Positions 1 to 9,221 of a stretch of 64,000 bases of DNA are shown here, in pieces. The notes under the pieces are model-generated. The model saw only the letters and a program-made list of their open reading frames with translations, did not search any database and had not been told where the DNA came from. Position numbers and translations under genes: made by a program. Where the stretch lies: contig JAJEDB010000115.1 of the NCBI GenBank assembly GCA_022821725.1, positions 17,457 through 81,456 on the forward strand, given 5' to 3'. This DNA is from Candidatus Poribacteria bacterium. GTDB lineage: Bacteria > Poribacteria > WGA-4E > WGA-3G. Positions within the stretch are counted from its first letter, which is position 1, and every line of letters starts with the position of its first letter.

Positions 1-183
1 ATCGGGATGCGTATCGCACTGAACAAAGACGATGGATTCGATATCCAATTCGCCGGACGCAGCGGTGTAGTCTTTTAGGAGATAAGGTCTATTGAGGGCG
101 GGGACTTCCGTAAGCCAGGGATATCTCAACCGTTCCGGGTGCCAGAGGTGAACATGCGTGTCAACGATGGGAAATTTCTCCAT
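1..183 (-). CDS. amidohydrolase-2 family metal-dependent hydrolase, N-terminal 61 codons (gene runs off the window)
   Basis: Too short for the ORF track. Reverse strand from ATG at 183-181 reads MEKFPIVDTHVHLWHPERLRYPWLTEVPALNRPYLL. DTHVH (D-x-H-x-H) is the N-terminal metal motif of TIM-barrel amidohydrolases. Confidence 0.5.
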   Translation of the reverse strand, partial: MEKFPIVDTHVHLWHPERLRYPWLTEVPALNRPYLLKDYTAASGELDIESIVFVQCDTHPD

Positions 184-254
184 TGCGGGGCTCCTTTATT
201 ACCTTGCGTTTACGGTATTTTAAGGCTGCTATGCAAGATTGTCAAGTTGAAAAA

Positions 255-283
255 TTGACATCCACAACGAGAACGTGTATAAT
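255..283 (+). promoter_or_regulatory. sigma70-type promoter, TTGACA-17-TATAAT
   Basis: TTGACA at 255-260, 17-nt spacer, TATAAT at 278-283. The predicted TSS near 290 lies downstream of the GTG 275 used by the ORF track. Confidence 0.7.
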
Positions 284-322
284 TGTAGCATAGTAGATAC
301 CCCGAATGGAGGCGTAAAAAAT

Positions 323-1126
323 ATGGCAAAGAAATCTCGAATTGTTATGGTGGCAGGAAGTGCAAGTCATGGGGGTGGTTCACATGAACATCCCGCTGGA
401 TGTGCCTATCTCGCGGATCAGTTAAACAAGGCTGTGGACGGTGTGGAAGTCGTGGTCTCTCAAGGATGGCCCGAAGATCCGACAGCTTTCGCCGATACAG
501 ATGCCATTATTGTTTATTCGGACGGTGGCACCGGGCACCTTAGCATTCCACACCTTGAACAGATCTCAGGACTGATGGAACAGGGTATCGGGCTTGCGAT
601 GTTGCACTATGCTGTTGAAGTACCGAAGGGTGAACCGGGAGATCGCTTCTTGGAGTGGATCGGCGGCTACTTTGAGACGCACCTTTCGGTGAATCCGTAT
701 TGGACAGCAACGTTTACCGGATTTCCTGAACACCCGATAACACGCGGGATAGCACCGTTTTCACTGGAGGATGAATGGTATTATCACATGCGGTTTCGTG
801 AAAATATGCAAGGTGTGACACCGGTGTTGAGTGCTATCGCACCTGCATCAACACTTGAAAGACCCGACGGCCCGCATAGCGGAAATCCGCATGTGCGCGC
901 ATCGGTAGCAAACGGTGAGCCACAACATTTAGGGTGGTGTGTAGAGCGACCGGATGGAGGTCGTGGGTTCGGGTTTACCGGTGGACATCTCCATCGGAAT
1001 TGGGCGGATGATCAGCTCCGTAAATTCATTCTCAATGCAATTGCTTGGACAGCGAAGATAGAGATCCCTGAAGGCGGTATTTCTACACCGACCCCCACCG
1101 AAGCAGAATTGGATGCGTATCTGTAG
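323..1126 (+). CDS. ThuA-like (trehalose-utilisation domain) protein, copy 1
   Basis: ORF 275..1126 trimmed to ATG 323 (GGAGG at 308-312, promoter upstream). MAKKSRIVMVAGS..HEHPAGC..GWPEDP..DAIIVYSDGG resembles ThuA-domain proteins. Confidence 0.65.
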   Translation: MAKKSRIVMVAGSASHGGGSHEHPAGCAYLADQLNKAVDGVEVVVSQGWPEDPTAFADTDAIIVYSDGGTGHLSIPHLEQISGLMEQGIGLAMLHYAVEVPKGEPGDRFLEWIGGYFETHLSVNPYWTATFTGFPEHPITRGIAPFSLEDEWYYHMRFRENMQGVTPVLSAIAPASTLERPDGPHSGNPHVRASVANGEPQHLGWCVERPDGGRGFGFTGGHLHRNWADDQLRKFILNAIAWTAKIEIPEGGISTPTPTEAELDAYL

Positions 1127-1169
1127 TTTTATAATGATTTGGGTCATTCTACTGGAGGATCGAAAAAAT

Positions 1170-1982
1170 ATGGTAAAGAAATCTCGAATTGTTATGGTGG
1201 CAGGAAGTGGAAGTCGTGGCAGTGGCGCGCATGAGCATCCTGCTGGGTGTGACTTTCTCGCCGATCAGTTAAACAAAAATGTGGACGGCGTAGCGGCAGT
1301 GGTCTCTCAGGGCTGGCCCGAAGATCCAACGATTTTCACCGATACAGATGCCATTATTGTTTATTCAGGCGGTGGTGAAACACATCTTAGCATCCCGCAT
1401 CTTGATCAGATCGGTGAATTGATGGCACAGGGCATAGGACTCGCGATGTTACACTTTGCAGTCGAGGTGCCAAAGGGCAAGCCGGGTAATTGCTTCTTAG
1501 ACTGGATCGGGGGTTACTTTGAACCCGGCCTTTCGGTGAATCCGTATTGGATTGCAACGTTTACTGAATTTCCTGAACATCCGATAACACGTGGGATGGC
1601 GCCATTTTCATTGAAAGACGAATGGTATTACCACATGCGGTTTCGTGAAAATATGCGGGGCGTGACACCTGTATTGAGTGCGATTGCGCCTGCATCAACG
1701 CTCAAAAGACCCGATGGACCCTACAGCGGCAATCCACATGTCCGTGCCTCGGTAGCCAACGGTGAGCCTCAGCACTTGGGATGGTGCGTCGAACGTCCAG
1801 ATCGCGGGCGTGGGTTCGGATGTACCGGTGGGCATTACCATCAGAATTGGGGGAATGATCAATTCCGTAAGTTAATTCTCAACGGGATTCTCTGGACAGC
1901 AAAGATGGAAGTCCCTGAGGGAGGTATCTCCACACCGACCCCGACTGAAGCGGAATTGGAGGCATATCTGTCATATTTGTAG
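1170..1982 (+). CDS. ThuA-like protein, copy 2 (tandem paralog)
   Basis: ORF 1113..1982 trimmed to ATG 1170 (GGAGG upstream). Collinear with copy 1 along its whole length, most residues identical. Confidence 0.65.
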   Translation: MVKKSRIVMVAGSGSRGSGAHEHPAGCDFLADQLNKNVDGVAAVVSQGWPEDPTIFTDTDAIIVYSGGGETHLSIPHLDQIGELMAQGIGLAMLHFAVEVPKGKPGNCFLDWIGGYFEPGLSVNPYWIATFTEFPEHPITRGMAPFSLKDEWYYHMRFRENMRGVTPVLSAIAPASTLKRPDGPYSGNPHVRASVANGEPQHLGWCVERPDRGRGFGCTGGHYHQNWGNDQFRKLILNGILWTAKMEVPEGGISTPTPTEAELEAYLSYL

Positions 1983-2001
1983 TTTTATAAGGAGACGGAA
2001 C

Positions 2002-2856
2002 ATGGATCAAGAGATACAAGATTATCTGTTCGACCTACAAGGCTATCTAATTTTAGAGAACGCACTCTCGAAACCCGATCTGGATGAAATGAACGCGTGG
2101 ATCGATGACCATTGGACTTACGTTGAAAATCCGTGGGAGGAAGAAACCGAAGACAGACGGATTCCACGCTGGATCGGGAACATTGAAACGCATACCTACA
2201 ACATCGAGAACGGTGTGAATTTCCAGAATATTATTGAGGGTGGTGACGTTTTTCAGAAGCTTATTGACCATCCGTCCTGGATCGGTCTGGTGCGGAAATA
2301 CGTCCACGAGGTTAACGGGCTCTCTATTCACGAGAATTTCCTGAACGTCCGTGGACCCGGCGGTTTCATTCATATCCACTGTGGTGGACATGTTCCGCTG
2401 AGTTACCTGACGTTCCGACAGGAGAACACCGGCGAATGGATGGTCGGGCAGATTAACGTCCTGATGGCACTAAACGATATTGGACCGGGGGACGGCGCAC
2501 CCGTATTAGTGCCTGGGAGCCATAAATGCACGGAGGTTCATCCGCGTTTGAAGCACGATGGGAAAGGTCTGGTCTATGACGGGGTGAGCGGTAAACCCGC
2601 AGGGACAGCCTTTGGGACGCAGGAGATTTATCTCAAGGCAGGCGATGTCGTCATGTTCACAGATGCGATTACACACGGTTCGGCAGAGCGGACGAGTGCC
2701 GGGTATCGCCGATCGATCGTCTATCGCTATTCTCCAAGATATGTCCGTGAGCGTTTTGACTATCCACATTCAAAGGAATTGTTGGCACGTTTGACACCCG
2801 ATCAACGCAAAATTATCCAACCGACATCAGTCCGTCGCCCGCCACAGATGGTATAG
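2002..2856 (+). CDS. phytanoyl-CoA dioxygenase (PhyH) family Fe(II)/2-oxoglutarate oxygenase
   Basis: AGGAG before ATG 2002. N-terminal FDLQGYLILENAL, VPGSHK and GDVVMFTDAITHGS blocks are typical of PhyH-family proteins. Confidence 0.65.
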   Translation: MDQEIQDYLFDLQGYLILENALSKPDLDEMNAWIDDHWTYVENPWEEETEDRRIPRWIGNIETHTYNIENGVNFQNIIEGGDVFQKLIDHPSWIGLVRKYVHEVNGLSIHENFLNVRGPGGFIHIHCGGHVPLSYLTFRQENTGEWMVGQINVLMALNDIGPGDGAPVLVPGSHKCTEVHPRLKHDGKGLVYDGVSGKPAGTAFGTQEIYLKAGDVVMFTDAITHGSAERTSAGYRRSIVYRYSPRYVRERFDYPHSKELLARLTPDQRKIIQPTSVRRPPQMV

Positions 2857-2899
2857 CAGACGGATTATGTTTATCTCTGAAAAACAAAGGAGATTCATG

Positions 2900-3148
2900 A
2901 TGGAAAAAGTGGACTTACAACAGCAAGCGGTTACGTTAATTAGACAGCTTTCTACTGAAGACCTCAGGGCAGCTCTCGACTATCTTTCTTATCTTCAAAA
3001 TAAGGACGCGCGAACCAGCTTCCCTGATCAGGATATTCCATCTCGGGGTCTTGGAACAATAATCCACGCGCTTTTTAAACATTTCGACGGAGTGGAGCTT
3101 GAGATACCTCCACGGGAACCGATGCGAGAACCGCCCCGCTTTGACTAA
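2900..3148 (+). CDS. type II antitoxin (VapB-like, DUF2281-like N-terminus)
   Basis: Small ORF ending 9 nt before the PIN gene. AAGGAG at 2887-2892, then ATGATG (2897/2900). The acidic/proline tail ELEIPPREPMREPPRFD resembles VapC-binding tails. Confidence 0.6.
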   Translation: MEKVDLQQQAVTLIRQLSTEDLRAALDYLSYLQNKDARTSFPDQDIPSRGLGTIIHALFKHFDGVELEIPPREPMREPPRFD

Positions 3149-3157
3149 ATATTGACT

Positions 3158-3580
3158 ATGATCGTTTTTGACACTAATGTTATCTCGGAATTCATGAAGG
3201 ACAACCCTAACCAAATGGTTTTGGATTGGTTTGATGCACAATCTACAAATGATCTATTTGTAACCACTGTTACTGAAGCAGAGATTCTGACTGGTATTGC
3301 CCTCTTGCCCGATGGAAGACGAAAAAATAATCTCTTAGAATTCGCAGATAATATTTTTACGTCCTTATTTATTGGACGTGTTTTAGTATTTGATAGTAAT
3401 GCAGCGAACGTTTACGCCGAAATCTTTGCTCAACGATACGCAGCTGGTAGACCGATAAGCCAAGCCGATTGTCAGATTGCTGCAATTGCACGTTCTCATG
3501 GAGCTGCTGTCGCGACTCGAAACATTACAGATTTTGAAGGGATTGATGTGGAACTTATCAATCCGTGGGCCCATCTATAA
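3158..3580 (+). CDS. vapC: PIN-domain ribonuclease toxin VapC
   Basis: MIVFDTNVISEFMK start, TTVTEAEIL block and C-terminal ATRNITDFEGI are classic VapC/FitB PIN signatures. Lower GC than its neighbours. Confidence 0.85.
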   Translation: MIVFDTNVISEFMKDNPNQMVLDWFDAQSTNDLFVTTVTEAEILTGIALLPDGRRKNNLLEFADNIFTSLFIGRVLVFDSNAANVYAEIFAQRYAAGRPISQADCQIAAIARSHGAAVATRNITDFEGIDVELINPWAHL

Positions 3581-3634
3581 TTGGTTCCTGCCACAAGGGA
3601 CTGTGGTATTAATCACCAAAGAGTCTAACAGACT

Positions 3635-5143
3635 ATGGGAAAACCGAAAAAGACACTCTGGGGCGGACGTTTCAGCACGAGCCTCACCACAGAGACAATA
3701 GCCTTCACGCACTCCAATGAAGCAGACACCCGCCTCATCGGATACGATATCTGGGGGAGTCAAGCACATGCAATTATGCTCGCTCGTCAGAGGATTATCT
3801 CCGATGCCGACCTACGCGAGATTTTACGCTGGCTCCAGAAAGCGGAGACGGATTTTCAGAACGGCGATTTCACGCTCGATCCGAATAAAGAGGACGTGCA
3901 CATGAACGTCGAATCGTATCTGATTGAGAACGCCGGACGCGAGTTCGGGGGTAAACTCCATACCGCTCGCTCTCGCAACGATCAGGTACTCGTGGACGCG
4001 CATCTCTACATTCGGGATGAGATTCTTAATGTCCAGAGCGGACTCTCTGAACTCTGTGAGGCATTCCTACATATTGCGAAAGCACATGCGGGGACCGTCA
4101 TGCCCGGTTACACGCATACCCAACACGCACAGCCGATCAGTCTCGGTTTCTGGGCGACGGCTTATGTGAGTATGTTCCTACGGGATCAGAAACGACTGCA
4201 ATCTGCTTATGCACTTGCCAATACGAACCCTCTCGGTGCGTGTGCATTAGCCGGCACGACATTCCCGATTGATCGACACCTGACCACGGAACTGCTCGGT
4301 TTCGACGCGCCACACGAACATGCCTTGGATGTCATCAGCAGCCGAGATTTTATCGCAGAGGTGCTTTTCGCGCTGTCGCTTGTGATGGCGAACCTCTCAC
4401 GGATTAGCGAAGAAATTGTCTATTGGACGACTTATGAGTTTGGGATGGCGGTGCTTGATGATGCCTATAGTTTCGGAAGTTCCATCATGCCCCAGAAGAA
4501 GAATCCCGACATTGCGGAGCTCACGCGAGGACGCACAGGACGCGTCTATGGTGCATTGCTCGACCTATTGACGAATCTCAAGGGGTTACCGATGGGCTAT
4601 AATCGCGATTTTCAGGAGGATAAACCGCCACTATGGGAGACGTTTGATGTTGTGAAGGCGTGCCTCGGTCTGTTACCCGAACTCCTCAGAACCACGGATT
4701 TCAAAACGGAACGGATGGCTGCGCTGGCGAATGCGAACTTTGCCACAGCCACGGAGTTAGCAAATTATCTCGTCAAGGCGCATCAGATCAGTTTTCGGGA
4801 GTGCCATGAGATTGTCGGATGGCTTGTTGGAGAATTGATACACCAAGAAAAAACGTTTGCCGATTGGGAGCTCACGCAAAAACTTTTGAAACAGAGAGAG
4901 ATTGACATACCGATTCCGCAGCTCAAGCAGATACTGGATGCGGAATCAACGATTCAGAATAACCAGAGTCTCGGTGGCACATCGCCTGCCGAGGTGCATC
5001 GGATGATCGACAGCTTTGAAGCGCAACTGAATGATATTGAATCGTATATCCATACCTGTCAGACGCAAATTGAGGACGCGCACCGAGAGACGCTGCGAAT
5101 CGTTGATGAAGTTTTAAGGATACCAATTAAGGCGATATTGTAG
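3635..5143 (+). CDS. argH: argininosuccinate lyase
   Basis: WGGRFS N-terminus, SRNDQV, and the fumarate-lyase signature GSSIMPQKKNPD. Confidence 0.95.
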   Translation: MGKPKKTLWGGRFSTSLTTETIAFTHSNEADTRLIGYDIWGSQAHAIMLARQRIISDADLREILRWLQKAETDFQNGDFTLDPNKEDVHMNVESYLIENAGREFGGKLHTARSRNDQVLVDAHLYIRDEILNVQSGLSELCEAFLHIAKAHAGTVMPGYTHTQHAQPISLGFWATAYVSMFLRDQKRLQSAYALANTNPLGACALAGTTFPIDRHLTTELLGFDAPHEHALDVISSRDFIAEVLFALSLVMANLSRISEEIVYWTTYEFGMAVLDDAYSFGSSIMPQKKNPDIAELTRGRTGRVYGALLDLLTNLKGLPMGYNRDFQEDKPPLWETFDVVKACLGLLPELLRTTDFKTERMAALANANFATATELANYLVKAHQISFRECHEIVGWLVGELIHQEKTFADWELTQKLLKQREIDIPIPQLKQILDAESTIQNNQSLGGTSPAEVHRMIDSFEAQLNDIESYIHTCQTQIEDAHRETLRIVDEVLRIPIKAIL

Positions 5144-5162
5144 GAGAGAACGTAGAAAAACG

Positions 5163-5444
5163 ATGCATACGGGTCCATATAAACCACTGAGGGACTTCTC
5201 ACAAAGACATCCAAATGCCAGATCAGCACTTGAGCATTGGTATGAATTGATAAGTGGAAGAAATTTTCGTTCAATTGCTGATTTGCGTGAGGTGTTTCCT
5301 CATGCAGATCGGGTTGACGGTTGGACAGTTTTTAATATTGGCGGTAACAAAGCTCGCCTTATAGCATTCATCCACTATGGGCGGCAGACGGTTTCTATCC
5401 ATCGTGTGCTGACACACTCCGAGTATGATAGATGGAGGCCCTGA
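5163..5444 (+). CDS. higB: HigB-type (RelE superfamily) mRNA interferase toxin
   Basis: 93 aa. VFNIGGNKARLIAFIHYGRQTVSIHRVLTHSEYDR matches the HigB_toxin family core. Confidence 0.75.
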   Translation: MHTGPYKPLRDFSQRHPNARSALEHWYELISGRNFRSIADLREVFPHADRVDGWTVFNIGGNKARLIAFIHYGRQTVSIHRVLTHSEYDRWRP

Positions 5445-5493
5445 CAGGATGAAAATATAGTATGGCTTCAACTTTGACTTTAAGGGCAGGTTC

Positions 5494-5515
5494 GTAGTAG
5501 TGCGATTCATCGCAC
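5494..5515 (+). repeat. GTAG-headed hairpin (REP-like)
   Basis: gtagtaGTGCGATtcATCGCAC. Same architecture as the core of the MITE copy at 31775 (gtagtAGCGCAATtcATTGCGCT). Confidence 0.6.
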
Positions 5516-5617
5516 GTTCCGAAGTGGCACTCCTGAAAGGTTTCTCGGCTACAAACGAAACAAATCAGGCATAAACTCAATATTGAACGACTACTTGAAA
5601 AAGGTCAGGAGTAAATT

Positions 5618-5941
5618 ATGTTAACTGAAGAACACCGTATATCTGACGGATCACTCGTAAAATTAAAGCGCGACATGCAAAGCAATTCGCAGTCGCCTGC
5701 AGCCGCGTTAGAAGTTTTAATTCAGACGGTTGACGCATACACGGATGACATCACCGCTTTGACCGAAGACGACTACGACCACCTTGTAGTGCTGCTGAGT
5801 GAATTAACGAATGTCGTCCGTGACGACGAAAATCACATTTTCGCGCCATTGATGGAATTTGCTATCCTACTTATTGAAAAGTATGACCATGCACAAATGC
5901 CAGAACTGGCTGAGCGCATTGACAAGGGTAGAGTCCTATAG
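5618..5941 (+). CDS. HigA-like antitoxin N-terminal domain protein lacking a helix-turn-helix
   Basis: AGGAG before ATG. TEDDYDHLVVLL..LIEKYD resembles the N-terminal helical domain of HigA/YgjM-type antitoxins. The ORF stops before any HTH and pyrF follows. Confidence 0.45.
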   Translation: MLTEEHRISDGSLVKLKRDMQSNSQSPAAALEVLIQTVDAYTDDITALTEDDYDHLVVLLSELTNVVRDDENHIFAPLMEFAILLIEKYDHAQMPELAERIDKGRVL

Positions 5942-6035
5942 GTCTCGATCGCGAAGAAAGAGATTGTAGTTGAATAAGGAAGCCGCGAGAGTTCTACGAA
6001 TTCACGGGTTTAAACGCAGACAAGGAGACCGAAAA

Positions 6036-6749
6036 GTGAAAGACAGGTTGATCGTCGCATTGGATACGGACGATGGTGAAGATATTGACTGGTTATCGGG
6101 GACATTGATGGATACAGTCGGTTGGTTTAAGATCGGTTTTCAGGCACTGAATGCCCTTGGAAACGAATGTTTTCCATGGTTCAGCCAGAATGGATATCGG
6201 GTCTTTGTTGATCTGAAATTCCACGACATTCCGAACACAGTCGCACGCGATGTCGGCACGATGGCGAAACACGGGGCACGCATGATTAACATGCACGCCG
6301 CCGGTGGCTTTGAAATGATGCAGGCAGCGAGAGCAAGCGCAGATGATGCCGCCTACGATGCTAACCTCCGGAGACCTGTTCTTCTCGGCGTGACGATTCT
6401 GACGAGTATTGACGAAGCGGGTTTTCAACAAAACTTCGGATCAGAACGAGGGCTTACAGAACAGGTCGTCTATCTCGCACAGTTGGCACAGGCAGCCGGA
6501 TTGGACGGTGTCGTGGCATCACCCCTTGAAATTGAACCTATCCGTAAAGCGTGTGGTAACAAATTTTTGATTGTAACACCGGGAATCCGCCCAGAATGGG
6601 CGGAGACTGGCGACCAGCGGCGTATGACGACACCGGCGGAGGCGATTGAGCGAGGGGCGGATTATATTGTTGTCGGGCGACCGATTCTTGACGCCGAGGA
6701 TCCAGAGGAGGCTGTCTACAGGATCCTTCAGGAAATGAGAGGGGCATAA
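6036..6749 (+). CDS. pyrF: orotidine 5'-phosphate decarboxylase
   Basis: LIVALD, FVDLKFHDIPNTV (D-x-K-x-x-D-I-P-N-T), VVGRPI. Start moved to GTG 6036 behind AAGGAG (6022-6027). Confidence 0.9.
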   Translation: MKDRLIVALDTDDGEDIDWLSGTLMDTVGWFKIGFQALNALGNECFPWFSQNGYRVFVDLKFHDIPNTVARDVGTMAKHGARMINMHAAGGFEMMQAARASADDAAYDANLRRPVLLGVTILTSIDEAGFQQNFGSERGLTEQVVYLAQLAQAAGLDGVVASPLEIEPIRKACGNKFLIVTPGIRPEWAETGDQRRMTTPAEAIERGADYIVVGRPILDAEDPEEAVYRILQEMRGA

Positions 6750-6753
6750 GACT

Positions 6754-8190
6754 ATGAACATTGTGTGTATCTGTTTGGACACGTTTCGTGCAGACATTAT
6801 CGGTGAAGGTAAGAAATATAGCCACGTGCAGACCCCGAACCTCGATGCCTTAGCATCGGAGAGCGTCCGTTTCACACGGGCGTTTGGTGAAGGACAACCC
6901 ACACTTCAGATCCGTCGCGGCAACTTTACAGGGATGCGGAGTTTTCCGTGGCGGTATAACTTCGACCGGCGTGGACATTGGCACCACGCCCCAGGGTGGC
7001 ATAAGATCCCACCCGAACAGGATACGATCGCTGAAGTCTTACTGGAACGCGGGTATCTCACAGCGTTGATCGCGGATACGTATCACATGTTCAAGCCGAC
7101 AATGAATTTCTCGCGCGGGTTCGCGCATTTCGACTTCATTCGCGGACAGGAATCGGATAACTGGCACAGTGGGGATCCGAAGTTGATTGAGGCGCAACTC
7201 CGAAAACACGTCCGTGAACCCCTCAATTGGCAACGGCACGCTGGACTCGTCAATTACCTCTTGTCGCAACGACATCGGCAATCCGAAGATGACTATAGTT
7301 GCGCGCGCGTCTTCGGGGCCGCAGCCGACTGGCTTCAGGACAATCATACCGTCGGTCCTTTCTTCTTATGGGTGGATAGTTTCGACCCGCATGAGCCGTG
7401 GGATCCACCGGAGTCCTACGCAGATCTCTATTTTTCGGACTATTCGGGCAAGGATTTCATCACGCCGGGCAGTGCGAACGAGGGCGATGGACCTACGGAC
7501 GCTGAACGCCGCCGAATTGAGGCACTTTACCTCGGCGAAGTGACGTTTGTTGATAAATGGATCGGCGTGCTGCTTGACAAGATAGAGCAGTTGGGCATCC
7601 GAGACGAGACGCTGATTGTGCTCATGTCTGACCACGGCACGCAACTCCGAGATCACGGGAGTTTCGGAAAGGGACCGAACAAGTTACACCCCTTCAATAC
7701 GCAGTTAAATTTGATGATTCGGCATCCAGAGGGACCGCATGACAAGGAAGTTTTCGCGTTCGTGCAGAACCATGATCTGATGCCGACACTTTTAAATCTG
7801 CTTGACATTCCGTGCGGTTGGACGGATGGCGAGGATATGTGGCAGCTCGTCACACAGGAAAAGGCGTTCCTCCGGGAACGGATTATCACGGGTTGGGCAG
7901 GATTCATCACGGGCAATGCGCGCGGACGCGTCAGCGTGCGCGATAACCACTGGAACTTCTGCACTTCAGTCGGCTACAAAGATGAGAACGGCGATGAACT
8001 CTTTGATGTCCGGCACGATCCAGAGGAGAAGGTCAACGTCGCGAGTGACCATCCAGCGATCATTGCAGAACGGAGACGGGATGTCGAGGCGTTGATCGGA
8101 CAACCCTTACCCGGACATTTCATTGAAGTCTGCGATCCCGGGCAGGCACCCATGACACAGTGGCTTGAGAAGAAATTGGCCGATATGTAA
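6754..8190 (+). CDS. sulfatase-fold (alkaline-phosphatase superfamily) hydrolase with Thr at the nucleophile position
   Basis: CLDTFRAD, TPNLDALA, DSFDPHEPWDPP and LMSDHG blocks of the sulfatase family. The C/S-x-P-x-R motif reads T-L-Q-I-R. Confidence 0.75.
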   Translation: MNIVCICLDTFRADIIGEGKKYSHVQTPNLDALASESVRFTRAFGEGQPTLQIRRGNFTGMRSFPWRYNFDRRGHWHHAPGWHKIPPEQDTIAEVLLERGYLTALIADTYHMFKPTMNFSRGFAHFDFIRGQESDNWHSGDPKLIEAQLRKHVREPLNWQRHAGLVNYLLSQRHRQSEDDYSCARVFGAAADWLQDNHTVGPFFLWVDSFDPHEPWDPPESYADLYFSDYSGKDFITPGSANEGDGPTDAERRRIEALYLGEVTFVDKWIGVLLDKIEQLGIRDETLIVLMSDHGTQLRDHGSFGKGPNKLHPFNTQLNLMIRHPEGPHDKEVFAFVQNHDLMPTLLNLLDIPCGWTDGEDMWQLVTQEKAFLRERIITGWAGFITGNARGRVSVRDNHWNFCTSVGYKDENGDELFDVRHDPEEKVNVASDHPAIIAERRRDVEALIGQPLPGHFIEVCDPGQAPMTQWLEKKLADM

Positions 8191-8219
8191 GAAAGCAAAA
8201 CGCCTTTGTTTGCCTTAGC

Positions 8220-8253
8220 GTAGATGGCTATCGGCTGCCGATGGTTGATAGCC
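8220..8253 (+). repeat. GTAG-headed hairpin (REP-like)
   Basis: gtagatGGCTATCggctgccgatggttGATAGCC, directly after the sulfatase-fold gene. Confidence 0.5.
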
Positions 8254-8270
8254 ACTCGTGGAAAAAAGAC

Positions 8271-8299
8271 TTGATTTCAATTTTCTTTTTCAGTAAAAT
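8271..8299 (+). promoter_or_regulatory. sigma70-type promoter, TTGATT-17-TAAAAT
   Basis: TTGATT 8271-8276, 17-nt spacer, TAAAAT 8294-8299. Argues against the ORF-track start at 8300. Confidence 0.5.
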
Positions 8300-8389
8300 G
8301 TGTTGAAAAGGTCATCAAAAATCTATTATTTTCTTTTTGACGCAATTTGCAAGTCGAAACCTATCATAGAAAATTTGAAGGGAAATATT

Positions 8390-9166
8390 ATGGGAAGAAG
8401 AAGACGCTCCAGAGCGCAATATTTAAAGGGTGAATTGATTGAACGTGAAGACTTTTCTGAAGATTTAGCCGCGTTCAAATTCCGTGTTGATAAACAGTTG
8501 CCGTTCATACCCGGGCAATACGCGACGATCGGTTTTCAGGTTGACGAGAAGATCGTCCAACGTCCGTATTCGATCGTCTCCTCACCACACGAGCCGTTTA
8601 TGGAGGTCTTCGTGGAATTGGTGCCGGAGGGTGCGACGACTCCCCTGTTTTGGGAACTGAAATTGGGGGACAGCGTGTTTATTCGGGACCGTCTCGTTGG
8701 CAGGTTCGTCTTGGATACGGAGAGCGGGATGACACGCCATGTGATGGCGGGAACTGTCACGGGTGCTGCCCCGTATATTAGTATCGCGCGAACGCAAAAG
8801 ATTGAGCAGGAACAGGGCAAAGCGAGTCCGCATCAGATTTTAGCGATCGTCGGTGCGAGCCTTTCATGGGAACTTGGATATTACGCGGATGAACTCAACG
8901 AACTCGCCGCGCAGGAAGAGTGGTTCACGTTTGTCCAGACGGTGAGTCGTCCGTGGGAGGACCCAGAATGGCAAGGTGAGAGCGGACGTGCCGAAGATGT
9001 GATTCGGAAATACGGGGATCACCTCGGTTACGATCACACAAATGCGGTCGTTTATGCGTGTGGACACCCACAGATGATCGAGAATGCGAAAGCGATCTGG
9101 GCGCGTGCGCGTTTCCCTGAAGAACGGATTAAAGAGGAAAAATTCTTCGTGATTAAAGAGGAGTAG
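8390..9166 (+). CDS. ferredoxin-NADP+ reductase (Fpr-type flavoprotein)
   Basis: FAD motif RPYSIVSSP, GDSVFI, NADP-site GTVTGAAPYISI. Start at ATG 8390. Confidence 0.8.
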   Translation: MGRRRRSRAQYLKGELIEREDFSEDLAAFKFRVDKQLPFIPGQYATIGFQVDEKIVQRPYSIVSSPHEPFMEVFVELVPEGATTPLFWELKLGDSVFIRDRLVGRFVLDTESGMTRHVMAGTVTGAAPYISIARTQKIEQEQGKASPHQILAIVGASLSWELGYYADELNELAAQEEWFTFVQTVSRPWEDPEWQGESGRAEDVIRKYGDHLGYDHTNAVVYACGHPQMIENAKAIWARARFPEERIKEEKFFVIKEE

Positions 9167-9221
9167 GTAGGAACCTACACAAATCCGCGAAAAATGTAGT
9201 AACGGAGACCTTAAATCCTTT

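Noticed and set aside
275-8389. Longer N-terminal extensions given by the ORF track (275, 1113, 2867, 3152, 5970, 8300; likewise 28235, 31647, 38031, 39964, 40478, 51962, 52705)
   Set aside because: The extensions precede or overlap predicted promoters, lack SD or A-rich contexts, and are not collinear between paralogs. Internal starts with ribosome-binding signals were preferred, though they are not proven.
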